Positions 8,730 to 17,267 of a stretch of 64,000 bases of DNA are shown in pieces (positions within the stretch are counted from its first letter, which is position 1; every line of letters starts with the position of its first letter). The position numbers were made by a program, and so were the translations under genes. The notes under the pieces were generated by a model. The model was not told the origin of the DNA, did no database searches, and saw only the letters and a program-made list of their open reading frames with translations. Location: positions 21,907-85,906 of the forward strand of contig CAYHXC010000001.1 in assembly GCA_964360585.1 (NCBI GenBank), read 5' to 3'. The stretch is from an uncultured Candidatus Saccharibacteria bacterium. Its GTDB lineage: Bacteria > Patescibacteriota > Minisyncoccia > UBA6257 > 2-01-FULL-56-20.

Positions 8730-9857
8730 TTAATTATAGTTCATTGAACCCAACCAGTGAAGTCGCCGGCGCAACCAGCGATTAATCTCTGGACTGCCCT
8801 GGTCGGAAAAGAAATCGAGAAGCGGCGCGCAATAGGAAAATTGTTCATACGAAGGCATTGGCCAGGCCTCGCCGGGTACAGAAAACCCCATCTTTTCAAG
8901 CAGTGTCTGGATAGAAATAGGCTCGAAGGAAAAACGCCGCGAAGCAAGGTGGACATCTTCCTGGCTGGTTATCAAAATCTTGGTCGGGGCGCCGATTTTT
9001 TTCAAAGATTCTTCGAGATGTTCGGAAACATCTTTAAACTTTTTCTGCAGCTGCTCTTCAATTGCCGTAGGTAGCTGCTTTTTTTGATACAGTCCGTAGA
9101 GATCGCGGGCGATCTCCTCATTCACTCCCCAGGTCTCGATAAATACCTCAAGATACTCCTTGGCCGACCAGGGAATATCCCGCCGCTCGTCCATTCGTCC
9201 CGTCTCCGAATCAGCCGCTCGAAAAACCGATGACTGCGGCGACTCAAAAACCGCCAGCGCGAAGGGCGGTTTATACGCTTTCCGCAAAGCGGTCAGTTTC
9301 GCTTCGGCTAAACTAGTGAAGAAAAAATTTGGTCGGCGGATAAGATTGCGGAGAGATTCGTAGAGCTTCCGCTGGACAAATGTAATCTCAATCGCCGTTT
9401 GCAACTCTTGGGGTGTAAAACCGATTGGATTGTGAACACGATGACCGTCAATTCTAAAATCAATCACCCGACTGTCGGCTAAGACAACATCAAGATCGGG
9501 TACGCCGAGCGCCTGACTGGCGATTTTTCGGTATTTAATAAACTCCTGATTCACACCGCGATTCAAAAGATTTTCCAGTTCGGGAAAAGACAGTTCGGTT
9601 TTTTCCTCGCGATGAACCCGAAAAGAGACATCGGCGGTGTAGGCCAAACTTGGCGAAGCGGCAACAATGACTGTCCAGTAGGGCATAATCTTCGGCCACC
9701 ACCGTCCCGGCCGCGCAATATGAAACTCCGGCCAGAACTTTTCGCAGGTGATGGAACGATCGCGCGTTACCGCAAATAAAACCGCGCTCACCTTTTCGGG
9801 CGCGATTAAAAGTACGAAAAATTTTTCTCTTCGATCAAACGGATTAAACCAAATCAC
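8730..9857 (-). CDS. Hypothetical protein, possibly a degenerate FtsA/actin-like fold
   Basis: VIDFRIDGHRVHNPIGF resembles the FtsA 1C region. Confidence 0.45.
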   Translation of the reverse strand: MIWFNPFDRREKFFVLLIAPEKVSAVLFAVTRDRSITCEKFWPEFHIARPGRWWPKIMPYWTVIVAASPSLAYTADVSFRVHREEKTELSFPELENLLNRGVNQEFIKYRKIASQALGVPDLDVVLADSRVIDFRIDGHRVHNPIGFTPQELQTAIEITFVQRKLYESLRNLIRRPNFFFTSLAEAKLTALRKAYKPPFALAVFESPQSSVFRAADSETGRMDERRDIPWSAKEYLEVFIETWGVNEEIARDLYGLYQKKQLPTAIEEQLQKKFKDVSEHLEESLKKIGAPTKILITSQEDVHLASRRFSFEPISIQTLLEKMGFSVPGEAWPMPSYEQFSYCAPLLDFFSDQGSPEINRWLRRRLHWLGSMNYN

Positions 9858-9886
9858 CGAATTCTATTGTACCATAGGCCCTACTG

Positions 9887-10948
9887 CTATAAATTCAAGG
9901 TTTTGGCGATCTGGCTAATGAGACCAAGTGCCACTGCCGAAGGCATTAAGCTATATGAATCAACGCCATTATCATCCTTGACCACCCAAGGCTTTTCAAT
10001 GGCGTCAACTTTTTTAGTCTCATTGTTATACACGTACTCATACATCGGCGTGAGCTCGTAATCATCCACTATATCTTTTTGATCTATGGGCACTGAGTTT
10101 CGGAGATAGAGTTTTGGGATTCCAGAAAGTTCCAAGAGTTGTTTCGAAATCTGATCATCAACTTCCAAGCGGGAGCGAATCGGTTCGATTCCTAGCTCAT
10201 CACCTTCTTTGGGCACCATCCGCTCGTGACAGTCGTCGCAAATAAGATAGAAAGATTTCTGAGTCTCGTCATAACCGACTTCTTTTGTTAAGGCAAGCTT
10301 CAAACTCCGCGGCGTATTACATTTGGGACATATCACGCGCGACTTGATGCGCTCATCAATAACCCGCTCCGGCACATCGATAAAAACCATGAAGTCAGGA
10401 TCATCTCGATATCCGATCAGCTCTTTCAAGAAAAGTGAATACCCTATTTGATCCATAGCTCGAGGGAAACCGTCGATGAAAATTGCCTTTTTGGGCCGGC
10501 GACTGATTTCGTACTTGATTAAAGCCACAATGAGCTCCGAAGACATGAGCGAACTTGTCCCTCGTCCCAGAATTAAGTCTTCCAATTCTTCAACAGAATG
10601 GAATCCGCGGAAATTCTTCTCCATAAACTCCAAAAGAGTTTTTTTATCATCTTCGGAAGATAAACTTTTATGAATGTCTCGAACGATGTCGCCAATAGAG
10701 ACATGGCCAACATGCTCCTTCCCCACTGCCTCCATGAACAGTTTTGAGTAGGTTCCTTTGCCAGAGTTCTTCTTCCCCATCAAGAAACCGACGAATGTTT
10801 TCGTTTCTAAATATTTTTTTAACTTCTCAATATCCGTCCCAGCCTTTGCCGCAAAATACTTCTTCCGATCTTCCGGATCGTTTAAATTAAACTTCTGAGT
10901 GACTCCTTCGGTTTTTGTTTTGAACACAGGGAAATTAACACCTTTCAT
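9887..10948 (-). CDS. Adenylate kinase-like nucleoside monophosphate kinase (enlarged)
   Basis: GKKNSGKGT P-loop; HVSIGDIVR; FIDGFPR; CPKC...CDDC lid. Confidence 0.75.
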   Translation of the reverse strand: MKGVNFPVFKTKTEGVTQKFNLNDPEDRKKYFAAKAGTDIEKLKKYLETKTFVGFLMGKKNSGKGTYSKLFMEAVGKEHVGHVSIGDIVRDIHKSLSSEDDKKTLLEFMEKNFRGFHSVEELEDLILGRGTSSLMSSELIVALIKYEISRRPKKAIFIDGFPRAMDQIGYSLFLKELIGYRDDPDFMVFIDVPERVIDERIKSRVICPKCNTPRSLKLALTKEVGYDETQKSFYLICDDCHERMVPKEGDELGIEPIRSRLEVDDQISKQLLELSGIPKLYLRNSVPIDQKDIVDDYELTPMYEYVYNNETKKVDAIEKPWVVKDDNGVDSYSLMPSAVALGLISQIAKTLNL

Positions 10949-11076
10949 GTTGTACTCTTTATTTTTTATTATTAATTTCCAATCCTAATCGATTAGTGTA
11001 TTTATGGCAACTGCGAATTAGATAGTTGACCGTTCTTTTTGATTCACTTACTATCCCAAGTAGCAAGGAGTGTCTC

Positions 11077-11463
11077 ATGTCAAAAGCACGACTCGAGGTA
11101 TGTACTCTCTGCGGAAAACATGGGCGCATCATTCTGGCCGATGGATTTATCGGCCCAGAGTTCTGTTTCCAGCATAACGGATTCCAGATTGTCGAAGAAG
11201 GTCTCAGGTTCGAGCGATTTTCTACTACGGAAGCATCTTCTTTTATGACAGAGATAGCGCAATCTACCATTCCACCGAGTCACAGAGAAGTATCGCTGGA
11301 CTTTATATGGAGGGTGGAGAGGTGCAATCAAGTACGCCATGAAACCGGAAACTATCGAGTTTTCGATGCCTCGCAAATCCACGCTTTCCTCCAGAGACCG
11401 CCTGACGTGCCAATGCCCTCTGATCTTCTCTCAGTTCTCGATATGAATTTTTCTACTCACTAA
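11077..11463 (+). CDS. Hypothetical protein with N-terminal CxxC / CxxH
   Basis: AAGGAG RBS before ATG 11077; CTLC, CFQH. Confidence 0.55.
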   Translation: MSKARLEVCTLCGKHGRIILADGFIGPEFCFQHNGFQIVEEGLRFERFSTTEASSFMTEIAQSTIPPSHREVSLDFIWRVERCNQVRHETGNYRVFDASQIHAFLQRPPDVPMPSDLLSVLDMNFSTH

Positions 11464-11492
11464 GTGCCAAACGGCACTTTTTTTAAATCAAT

Positions 11493-11930
11493 TTAATCCG
11501 AAACAAGAATGACCTTGCCTTCAGGCCGTGTCCAATCAGTAAAACGCCACCATGTGGGTTCGAAAACAAACGAAATAAATTTCGGATCGGCTGCTTTTTC
11601 TTTTTTATTTGGGAACTTGCCTAAATAGACTTTTTCAAACAGTATTTTTTCTTCTGCTGTAATCAATCTAGCATCTCCATCAAGTTGCAAGGTTTTCAAA
11701 TCGTTCTCATTTACGCCAACTACGAAGGAGGCTCTGGTAGCATTTCTTTTCGTAATCGGTTCAGCCTTTCGATATTCGCTACGCGTTTCAAAGAAAAACT
11801 GATTCGAATTCTCGTCATATGCAAAATGCACAGTGGCGGCATGCGGTGAGCCATCGAGCATCTCGACCGCCAAAACACCAATTCGCTGAGTCTTCAAATA
11901 GTCAACAATACTGGGATCAAAAGCTTTCAT
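11493..11930 (-). CDS. Pyridoxamine 5'-phosphate oxidase-family (split barrel) protein
   Basis: GVLAVEMLDGSPHAATVHF; TLQLDGDAR; PTWWRFTD. Confidence 0.8.
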   Translation of the reverse strand: MKAFDPSIVDYLKTQRIGVLAVEMLDGSPHAATVHFAYDENSNQFFFETRSEYRKAEPITKRNATRASFVVGVNENDLKTLQLDGDARLITAEEKILFEKVYLGKFPNKKEKAADPKFISFVFEPTWWRFTDWTRPEGKVILVSD

Positions 11931-11960
11931 AATATTTTTCTCGGTTATAACAAATAATAC

Positions 11961-12079
11961 GATGCTGAAGATTTGTGCTCATTTCAAGGCGTAGCTGAGG
12001 AGCGAAGTAAAGCGTACTCAAATGTACGTTGTCGAGCACCGCAAGCTACAACACAGAAATGAGCCAAATATTCTGCATC
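11961..12079. mobile_element. MITE-like element at the aspS stop codon
   Basis: Terminal IR GATGCTGAAGATTTGTGCTCATTTC / GAAATGAGCCAAATATTCTGCATC; internal CGTAC..GTACG hairpin. Confidence 0.6.
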
Positions 12080-13391
12080 ACGGCTCCAGTCTTTTGACGC
12101 CACGGTAAAGGAACATCGCCTCTCGCACATTATCAATGCCTAAAAGTTTCATCATCACCCGATTCGGCCCCATGCCAAATCCTCCGTGGGGCGGACAACC
12201 ATACTTAAAAAAGTTTAAGTAGAACTGAATACTCTCCACATTCATTCCCTTTTCTTTGGCTTGGGAAACAAGTACGTCATACCGATGTTCGCGCTGGGCG
12301 CCAGTCGTCACTTCCAAACCGCCCCATAAAAGATCGAAGCTCTTCGTGAGCGTCGGATCATTCTCATGACGCATATGATAAAAGGGACGAACGCTGGCTG
12401 GATAGTCGGTGATAAATACAAACTCATGTCCTTTTTCTTTCAAGACATACTCGGAAATTTTCCGTTCCTCTTCGGGCGAAAGATCCCCTTCTTTCTCACT
12501 GGCTACGCCCATGCCTTTCAATATCTCTTTCGCTTCTTTCATAGAAACTCTTGGGAACGGGACTGTGGGAACAGTTACCTCTCGATCAAATTCTTTTTTT
12601 ATCGCCTCGCCATGCTTTTCCTTTACTGCGCGAATCGCTTCAGCGATCGCTTCTTCTTCAGCTTTCATCACATCTTCGTGTGAATCAATGTACGAGAGTT
12701 CGGCATCATAACCGGTAAACTCCGTAGCGTGGCGAGAGGTGAATGATGGCTCGGCTCGAAAAACTGGGCCAACTTCAAACACCTTCTCAAATCCCGCCGC
12801 CATGGCCATCTGCTTATAAAACTGGGGAGACTGCGCTAGGTACGCCGTCTTTTCAAAATACTTTACTTCAAATACTTCTGCCCCTGACTCGCTCGGCGCT
12901 CCAATCAGCTTCGGGGTATGAATTTCCACATATCCATTCTTCAGCCAGTAGTTGCGGAAAGCAGCTTCGAGCGTTGTCCAAACTTGAAAAGTGAGGAGGC
13001 TGTGGGGTTTTCGCAAATCCAACCAGCGCCAGTCGAGGCGAATGGATTGATCGGCTTCTTCCTGGCTTCCTTTTTCCAAAATCGGAATCGGTAATTCCGG
13101 ATTGGCTAAGGACAAAATCTCCAGTTCTTTGGCCAACACTTCGAAGCCGCCCGGCGCCTGATCCTCTTTTTTGGCCAAACCCTTAACCGCGATGACCGAC
13201 TCCATGGTGACCGTCTGGGCTTTCTGCATCGTCTCCAAAAATTCTTTGGTAAACACAACCTGAACCAGACCGGTGGCATCCCGAACCAAAATGAAAACGA
13301 TCTTCCCTTGATCGCGAATTGTTTGCGCGAAACCTTTTATCTCAACTTCCTGGCCATCTTTTTTGGCAATCTCCGAGATCAGTGTTCTCAT
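12078..13391 (-). CDS. aspS: Aspartyl-tRNA synthetase, short archaeal-like (likely non-discriminating) type
   Basis: AYLAQSPQFYKQ; FRAEPSFTSRHATEF; GAQREH; YGCPPHGGFG; likely start ATG 13391. Confidence 0.93.
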   Translation of the reverse strand: MRTLISEIAKKDGQEVEIKGFAQTIRDQGKIVFILVRDATGLVQVVFTKEFLETMQKAQTVTMESVIAVKGLAKKEDQAPGGFEVLAKELEILSLANPELPIPILEKGSQEEADQSIRLDWRWLDLRKPHSLLTFQVWTTLEAAFRNYWLKNGYVEIHTPKLIGAPSESGAEVFEVKYFEKTAYLAQSPQFYKQMAMAAGFEKVFEVGPVFRAEPSFTSRHATEFTGYDAELSYIDSHEDVMKAEEEAIAEAIRAVKEKHGEAIKKEFDREVTVPTVPFPRVSMKEAKEILKGMGVASEKEGDLSPEEERKISEYVLKEKGHEFVFITDYPASVRPFYHMRHENDPTLTKSFDLLWGGLEVTTGAQREHRYDVLVSQAKEKGMNVESIQFYLNFFKYGCPPHGGFGMGPNRVMMKLLGIDNVREAMFLYRGVKRLEP

Positions 13392-13408
13392 TTGTGTTAC
13401 ACTATACT

Positions 13409-13569
13409 GGAACTCCTTTGAAAAATCCACTTCTACTGCAACAACTGCTTTTCAGCTACGAAACATTCATTCCTCCTCGACATAGCGCAAACTATGCCTT
13501 GTCGGACTTCGTGCTTCTCGCAAGAAAATCATTTGTTTCGTAACGAAGGCGATTTCTCAAAGCAATTCC
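13409..13569. mobile_element. MITE-like element between the divergent aspS and mgtC-like genes
   Basis: Terminal IR GGAACTCCTTTGAAAAATC / GATTTCTCAAAGCAATTCC (16 of 19 match). Confidence 0.6.
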
Positions 13570-13573
13570 AACA

Positions 13574-14044
13574 ATGATGGATTTTTCTCAAATTATGGGT
13601 CGGCTCGTCGTGGCTATGGTTTGCGGCGCGCTCATGGGCCTTGAACGCGAACTTGCCGGCAAAGAGGCGGGCGTCCGGACAGAGATGCTCGTCTCGGGCG
13701 GCGCTTCCCTCTTTACATTAATCGCCTTGAATCTTCCTTACATCTTGAGCGACACTCCGGAGACATCCTCGGCAATTTTTATCCATAATGCCGGTGTTCT
13801 TTCAATCATTGCCAATATCGTGGTTGGCATCGGATTTCTTGGCGCCGGCATTATTATCAAGAATCAGTCACATGTGTTTGGACTCACCACCGCCGCCCTT
13901 GTCTGGACAACGGGAGCCATCGGCGTCCTCGTTGGCCTCGGCATGTTTGAAATCGCGATCGCCTCAAGCATACTCTTTTCCGGCGTTCTCTACCTCTTAC
14001 GCCGCATGAATATCGCCGAAGTTGTGGAAGCTGTTCGGGATTGA
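13574..14044 (+). CDS. MgtC/SapB family membrane protein
   Basis: GLERELAGKEAGVRT; IVVGIGFLGAG; GLTTAALVW. Confidence 0.9.
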   Translation: MMDFSQIMGRLVVAMVCGALMGLERELAGKEAGVRTEMLVSGGASLFTLIALNLPYILSDTPETSSAIFIHNAGVLSIIANIVVGIGFLGAGIIIKNQSHVFGLTTAALVWTTGAIGVLVGLGMFEIAIASSILFSGVLYLLRRMNIAEVVEAVRD

Positions 14045-14069
14045 ATAACTCACTCTGAAAATAATGCGT

Positions 14070-14100
14070 AGAAAACAACCTCGTGAAGAGGTTGTTTTCT
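14070..14100. terminator. Bidirectional terminator
   Basis: AGAAAACAACCTC-GTGAA-GAGGTTGTTTTCT. Confidence 0.7.
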
Positions 14101-14236
14101 ATATTCTATCCGTCTCCTCTCTTATCTCTGCCCTGCCGCCAGTCTCTGTACCGGAAGGTGGAGTGGCCGCAGGGAGTTATGCCTGGAGAGATTTGAGCAG
14201 TGGTTCAAACTCAGCTCGGGCTATTATGGTGCTTTT

Positions 14237-15472
14237 TTAAAACTCTCTTCTTACAAGTACAGCTTCGGCTGGAGAAAGAACTCGGCGGTAGATGCGAAAT
14301 TCGTCTAAGGCTCCACCTAGAGCTAAATTCAACCCTGAATTATTTCCAAGAAATACTGAAAAGGGATTATCATCAAGTCGAGTACCACTTCCATCAACAC
14401 TCACCACATAGCTCCCCTCTACGCCATTGTGATATAAACGCACATTATCGGCATTAGAAGATCCGTCCCACGTTATGAGTCCATGATTCCACGCACCACT
14501 AACCCACGGCACATTAGCAAGTCTGACTAAATTACTCGTTGAGTAACCAACATTAAAGATAAGCTGCGAACCGACGGGAGGTAACATAACTGTCCCGCCC
14601 CATCCTCCCCCTTTTGCAAAGGAAGATGTGAGGCCAGACCCATCAGGTCTTAACCAGTAACTTAGTGTAAAAGCTGGCATGTTATCGAAAGAAGTACCGC
14701 TTCCGACATTAATGACTCTATTATTAGATCCTCCACTGAACTGTACTGCTCGAGCGAATTTCCCAGATGTCCACACTGGGCTATTTATAAGTGTTCCAGT
14801 ATTGGTATAACCAGATACATCATTGGCAACAATTCCCCCTCCCTCATTTAGATTCCAGTATCCAATCATGCCATTTGCAAAAGGACTGATAGAGAGATCA
14901 GTGCCAAACTCGTACATAGTTGGATCAAAGCCGCTATCCTTTATCATCAGATCTCCGTACTTAGATGACTCAAGAGTAGCCGTTAACTCCCACTTTCCAC
15001 TCCTTGTCGCGTAGGTGTAGTATCTTCGTCCCGTAGAAGTAGCGTTCAAAGCATCAATTGGTAACGTTGGAAGTACTGGTTCGGTGCCAAGCAACTTGAA
15101 GTCAATGGGCATCCAGCCCTGACCATGCGGATCACGCATGGTTGAAGACGCCGCGCAGTGATAACTCCAGCCTGTAGGTAACGGTATCAGCCCTAGGGTG
15201 CCACAGTCAGTTCCGGCTGTCGTAGTAGCATTCGCATCAATAAGTGATAGATAGAGGACATTACTCTGACCAAGGTTGATGCTGTTTGCCTGACCAAGAG
15301 TAAAAGCCTTATTGATATTATTGAGATCGGACAATCTTCTCGAGTCGCGAGCAGCTCTCAACAGTTCTGCTGGTTGAAGAACTAAAACTACGATTACGCT
15401 GAGTGTCGCGATAATCGCGATAACGACTAAGAGCTCAATCAAGGTGAACCCTTTCCCCCAATCTCTGTGCAT
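14237..15472 (-). CDS. Prepilin-type protein with C-terminal LamG/ConA-like domain
   Basis: KGFTLIELLVVIAII class III signal; GYWNLNEGGG...GALDEFRIYRRVLS. Confidence 0.88.
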   Translation of the reverse strand: MHRDWGKGFTLIELLVVIAIIATLSVIVVLVLQPAELLRAARDSRRLSDLNNINKAFTLGQANSINLGQSNVLYLSLIDANATTTAGTDCGTLGLIPLPTGWSYHCAASSTMRDPHGQGWMPIDFKLLGTEPVLPTLPIDALNATSTGRRYYTYATRSGKWELTATLESSKYGDLMIKDSGFDPTMYEFGTDLSISPFANGMIGYWNLNEGGGIVANDVSGYTNTGTLINSPVWTSGKFARAVQFSGGSNNRVINVGSGTSFDNMPAFTLSYWLRPDGSGLTSSFAKGGGWGGTVMLPPVGSQLIFNVGYSTSNLVRLANVPWVSGAWNHGLITWDGSSNADNVRLYHNGVEGSYVVSVDGSGTRLDDNPFSVFLGNNSGLNLALGGALDEFRIYRRVLSPAEAVLVRREF

Positions 15473-15533
15473 TACCGACTAGTATACCACCTTCACTGTA
15501 GCAATGATCCTCCCAAGCTGAATATAAGGATAC

Positions 15534-16061
15534 CTAGGACGACTTCATGACAAATCGCCATTTTCTTTTTATCCAGTAGGGTCCGGCATAGATAATACCA
15601 ACTCGTCCGGTCTTTTTTATTTTATTTTTGGGAATCTTGATTCCCCTGTCTTCAATCCATAGTCCGCTCTTTTTTGAAGCTGGTGCGCCATTTAAATTCT
15701 TATCAATTTGCAATTCTTTTGTAAGACGGGCGGGACCGTTTAGACCCTCAACGCCACGAATCAAAACTGCCGCCGGATACTCCTTCTCGCGCGTCACAAT
15801 GTTCAACATCCAGTGCATGCCGTAGGTGAAATAGACATACCAAAATCCAGCGTGACCAAACATGATCGTATTGCGATTCGTTTTTCCCCGTGACGCATGC
15901 GAGGCTTTATCATGAAAACCATCATAGGCCTCCGTTTCCAAAATCATCCGTGCCATAATTTCCCCGCTCGGCAATCGCCGCATCAAAAACTTCCCTAAAA
16001 GTTCTTCGGCCACTTGCGGCGTTGGTCGATTAAAAAAATCTACACTTAAAACTTTTTTCAC
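15534..16061 (-). CDS. 3-methyladenine DNA glycosylase (AAG/MPG family)
   Basis: ETEAYDG; YVYFTYGMHWMLNIV; AVLIR; GPARL. Confidence 0.92.
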   Translation of the reverse strand: MKKVLSVDFFNRPTPQVAEELLGKFLMRRLPSGEIMARMILETEAYDGFHDKASHASRGKTNRNTIMFGHAGFWYVYFTYGMHWMLNIVTREKEYPAAVLIRGVEGLNGPARLTKELQIDKNLNGAPASKKSGLWIEDRGIKIPKNKIKKTGRVGIIYAGPYWIKRKWRFVMKSS

Positions 16062-16161
16062 TTTATTTTTGTACCACGTATCAACCGGCCTGCCAAAATT
16101 TGCAAATACTAATTTATTTCACTATAGTTCTTCCAGCAAAAAAAATCGAAAGGAATTCACC

Positions 16162-17184
16162 ATGCGTTTACCAGCAGAATGGGAATCTCACGAATGTACG
16201 TGGATGGGCTGGCCTCACCAGAAGAAGGGTTGGCCAGGACGATTTCAGGAAATGAAGTACGTCTTCGGACTCATGGCCTTTATTCTCACGAGACAGTGCG
16301 GAGAAAAAATTAGAATTCTGGTTCTCGATTCGGACCATAAAACAGAAGCTGAACGGATACTGAAAAGCATGGATGCTGATCTTGACATGATCTCCTTCCA
16401 TGCGATCGAAACCGATCGTTCCTGGCTGCGAGATACAGCACCAATCTTCGTCGAAGATCAGGAAAGGAAACTCGTTGGTCTTGACTTCCTCTTCAACGGT
16501 TGGAATAGGTATTCCAATTTCCAACTGGATAATGCCGCCAAAATCCAGATAGCGAAGATTGCCCAAGCGATCCACCGCGAACCACGACTTGGAAGCCAGC
16601 GGGTTATCCTCGAAGGCGGCGCGATTGATGTCAATGAAAGAAGCGCCCTCCTCACCACCGAAGAATGCCTCTTGGCGGGAAAAACGGCGCGACATCCCGA
16701 CTGGACGAAAGATCAGTGGGAAGTAGTCTTCGAAACCTACTTTGGCACAACGGAAACCATCTGGCTGAAGTTCGGCATTCGAGGCGACGATACTGGAGGA
16801 CACATTGATGATCTGGCGCGTTTTACCAGCGCTGATCAGATCGTTACACTCGATCCGAAGTCAGCTAAACATGAGCAGGATTTCCACGCTCTCACAGCTA
16901 ATCTGGAAGTCCTATCCAATACCGTGTACAACATCGTGAAGCTTCCAATGCCTGATCCGGTGATCTACCAAGGACAACAACTGCCTGCGAGCTACTGCAA
17001 TTTCTACATCGGTAATGAGGCGGTGATTGTTCCGGTCTTCAACGACCCGAATGATTACATTGCTCTGGGAATCCTGACGGAAATCTTCGATGAGCGCCGG
17101 GTAATTCCGTTCGATTGTCGAGCGCTCGTATGGGGCTACGGCGCAGTCCACTGCGCCTTGATGCAGCAACCGAAAATTATCTGA
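16162..17184 (+). CDS. Agmatine deiminase / peptidyl-arginine deiminase family
   Basis: RLPAEWE; WLRD; LEGGAID; DDTGGHIDD; GAVHC; start at MRLP. Confidence 0.92.
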   Translation: MRLPAEWESHECTWMGWPHQKKGWPGRFQEMKYVFGLMAFILTRQCGEKIRILVLDSDHKTEAERILKSMDADLDMISFHAIETDRSWLRDTAPIFVEDQERKLVGLDFLFNGWNRYSNFQLDNAAKIQIAKIAQAIHREPRLGSQRVILEGGAIDVNERSALLTTEECLLAGKTARHPDWTKDQWEVVFETYFGTTETIWLKFGIRGDDTGGHIDDLARFTSADQIVTLDPKSAKHEQDFHALTANLEVLSNTVYNIVKLPMPDPVIYQGQQLPASYCNFYIGNEAVIVPVFNDPNDYIALGILTEIFDERRVIPFDCRALVWGYGAVHCALMQQPKII

Positions 17185-17239
17185 CGTTCCAAGCGACTTT
17201 AATACGGTCGCTTTTTTATTTTCTCTATATTACCAAAAC

Positions 17240-17265
17240 AAAACACCGGCTTTCGCCGGTGTTTT
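17240..17265 (-). terminator. Terminator of the RNase P RNA
   Basis: AAAACACCGGC-TTTC-GCCGGTGTTTT. Confidence 0.7.
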
Positions 17266-17267
17266 GC

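Noticed and set aside
14131-14174. SRP (4.5S) RNA, suggested by CCGGAAGG
   Set aside because: The flanking helix-8 CAGG and AGCAG residues are absent
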